Below, piece after piece: positions 62,601 to 64,000 of a stretch of DNA of 64,000 bases. The stretch comes from Endomicrobiales bacterium (GTDB lineage: Bacteria; Elusimicrobiota; Endomicrobiia; Endomicrobiales; CAWCFT01). The notes beneath the pieces are model-generated. The model searched no databases. It worked only from the letters and a program-made list of their open reading frames with translations, and was not told the origin of the DNA. The stretch's first letter is position 1. Each line of letters starts with the position of its first letter. The position numbers were made by a program, and so were the translations under genes. The stretch spans positions 1 to 64,000 of the forward strand of contig CAWCFT010000014.1 of assembly GCA_963794945.1 (NCBI GenBank), read 5' to 3'.

Positions 62601-64000
62601 TGACACTACTGCTCCACCGGCTGTTTCAACCCTAGGCCCGCCTTCAAATAACCAGGCTACGAACCAGTCCCCTGTCAATTTTACTTGGGGCAGTGTTACA
62701 GATAGCCCTGCAGGCTTGATGAACTACATATTGCAGGTATCCACATCATCAAATTTCGTGCCCATAAAATACTCATCCTGGGTGGTGACTAACTCCGCGT
62801 CTATTGCCGTAAACCAGTCCTCTTACACCTGGCGCGTCAACACCATGGACAACGCCTTGAACTACACTACCGCTACGGTCGTAAGCTCGGTTATTGTCGA
62901 CACCACTCCGCCGCCGGCCGTTTCCACCCTTGGCGCGCCTTTGAATAACCTGACTACCAACCAGATGACATTGAATTTTACATGGACCGGCGTCACTGAT
63001 GATCTGTCAGGGATTGCTAATTACATTGTTCAGGTCTCCACAGACCCGTCTTTCGGTGTTATCAACTACTCTTCATGGGTATTTACCAACTCGGCTACTC
63101 TTACGCTTAACCAGTCCTCTTACACCTGGCGCGTTAACTCCATGGACAACGCATTGAACTATACTACCTCAACTGTTAAATATTTCGTCACAGTTGACAC
63201 TACTCCCCCACCAGCGGTTGCCACACTTAATACGCCGCTTAATAACCTTACTACAAACCAGATGACACTGAATTTTACGTGGGGGGCAATAACCGATACA
63301 CCCGCAGGGATAAAGAACTACATCCTTGAGGTTTCCACATCTCCTACTTTTCGGGCGTTATATTTTCTTCGTGGGTCGTTAATAACTCGGCAGCGCTTAC
63401 CCTTAACCAGTCTTCTTACACCTGGCGCGTTAATGCCATGGACAACGCTTTAAACTATACCACTTCAACGGCTGTGTATTTCGTTACTGTTGACACTGCA
63501 CCGCCGCCTGTTGTGTCAACACTAAATACGCCTCTTAATAACCTGACCACCAACCAGATGACTTTAAACTTCACCTGGACAGGGGTCAACGATTCGCCTG
63601 CAGGTATCGCCAACTATATCCTTGAGGTCTCAACTTCTCCTACTTTCTCGGGTGTTATCTATTCCTCATGGGTAGTACTCAACCAGGCTACTCTTACGCT
63701 TAACCAGTCATCTTACACCTGGCGCGTAAACACAATGGACAACGCACTGAACTATACTACTTCCACAGCCGTATATTTTGTGACAGTTGACACGACTCCG
63801 CCGCCGGCTGTCTCACCCTTACGGCTCCTTTAAATAACCTCACTACTAACCAGATGACTTTGAATTTCCATGGGGGGCTATCACTGATAGCCCTGCGGGA
63901 CTTAAGAATTATATCCTTGAAGTTTCTACTTCTCCTACTTTCTCGGGTGTTATACTATTCTTCGTGGGTCGTTAATAACTCGGCCTCTCTAACTCTCAAC
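53671..64000 (+). CDS. Giant secreted repeat protein (>3400 aa, runs off the window) with an N-terminal S24/S26 peptidase-like domain; split by indels near 54266, 60072, 62122, 63350 and 63820
   Basis: GGSMRP...GD...HRI peptidase motifs, then the hydrophobic segment LTVVSVALILSSLFSNLSA. ORFs 54233.., 60423.., 62113.. and 63438.. join into one protein of beta-rich repeats. Confidence 0.8.
56405..58780 (+). repeat. Eight tandem 297-bp (99-aa) Ig/FN3-like coding repeats
   Basis: D(T/S)(T/S)PPP units start at 56405, 56702, 56999, 57296, 57593, 57890, 58187 and 58484. Confidence 0.95.
60813..64000 (+). repeat. Second array of the same 99-aa repeat (10 complete units + 1 partial)
   Basis: Units start at 60813, 61110, 61407, 61704, 62001, 62305, 62602, 62899, 63196, 63492 and 63789. 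Confidence 0.93.

Noticed and set aside
56405..64000. CRISPR array or DGR-like repeats
   Set aside because: The repeats are 297-bp in-frame coding units varying mostly at synonymous sites. There are no spacers, cas genes or reverse transcriptase.

Overview
Bacterial chromosomal window, almost entirely + strand. The gene repertoire and the giant S/T/N-rich repeat protein tentatively suggest Elusimicrobiota (inference). Single-base indels split many genes, including essential ones such as alaS, so most split ORFs look like long-read assembly errors. Bases 1-3529 are the reverse complement of 3564-7084, a foldback centred inside an lpxL-like gene and most likely an artefact. Housekeeping content: FMN riboswitch with ribD-ribE-ribBA-ribH, nusB, ligA, recX, purH, polX, lipA, alaS, def, dtd, nnrE, two M16 peptidases, an Opp/Dpp ABC transporter, a CCA-type nucleotidyltransferase, tRNA-Arg(CCG) and tRNA-Gly(CCC). 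The highlight is a RiPP-like cassette from 51159 to the window end. It encodes an HprK-related kinase, a PqqD/RRE protein and a radical SAM/SPASM enzyme. It also contains a 48-aa precursor not in the ORF track (53490-53636; YxxP leader, 3 Cys, C-terminal Ser, own promoter and RBS). An S24/S26 peptidase domain follows, read in frame with a >3400-aa secreted protein built from 99-aa repeats. Other oddities: a PHP-kinase fusion appended to the rib operon, a duplicated membrane sensor with a Cys4 domain, a 31-aa small ORF resembling its neighbour's last helix, a tRNA relic with inserted hairpins, and periodic palindromic intergenic elements.
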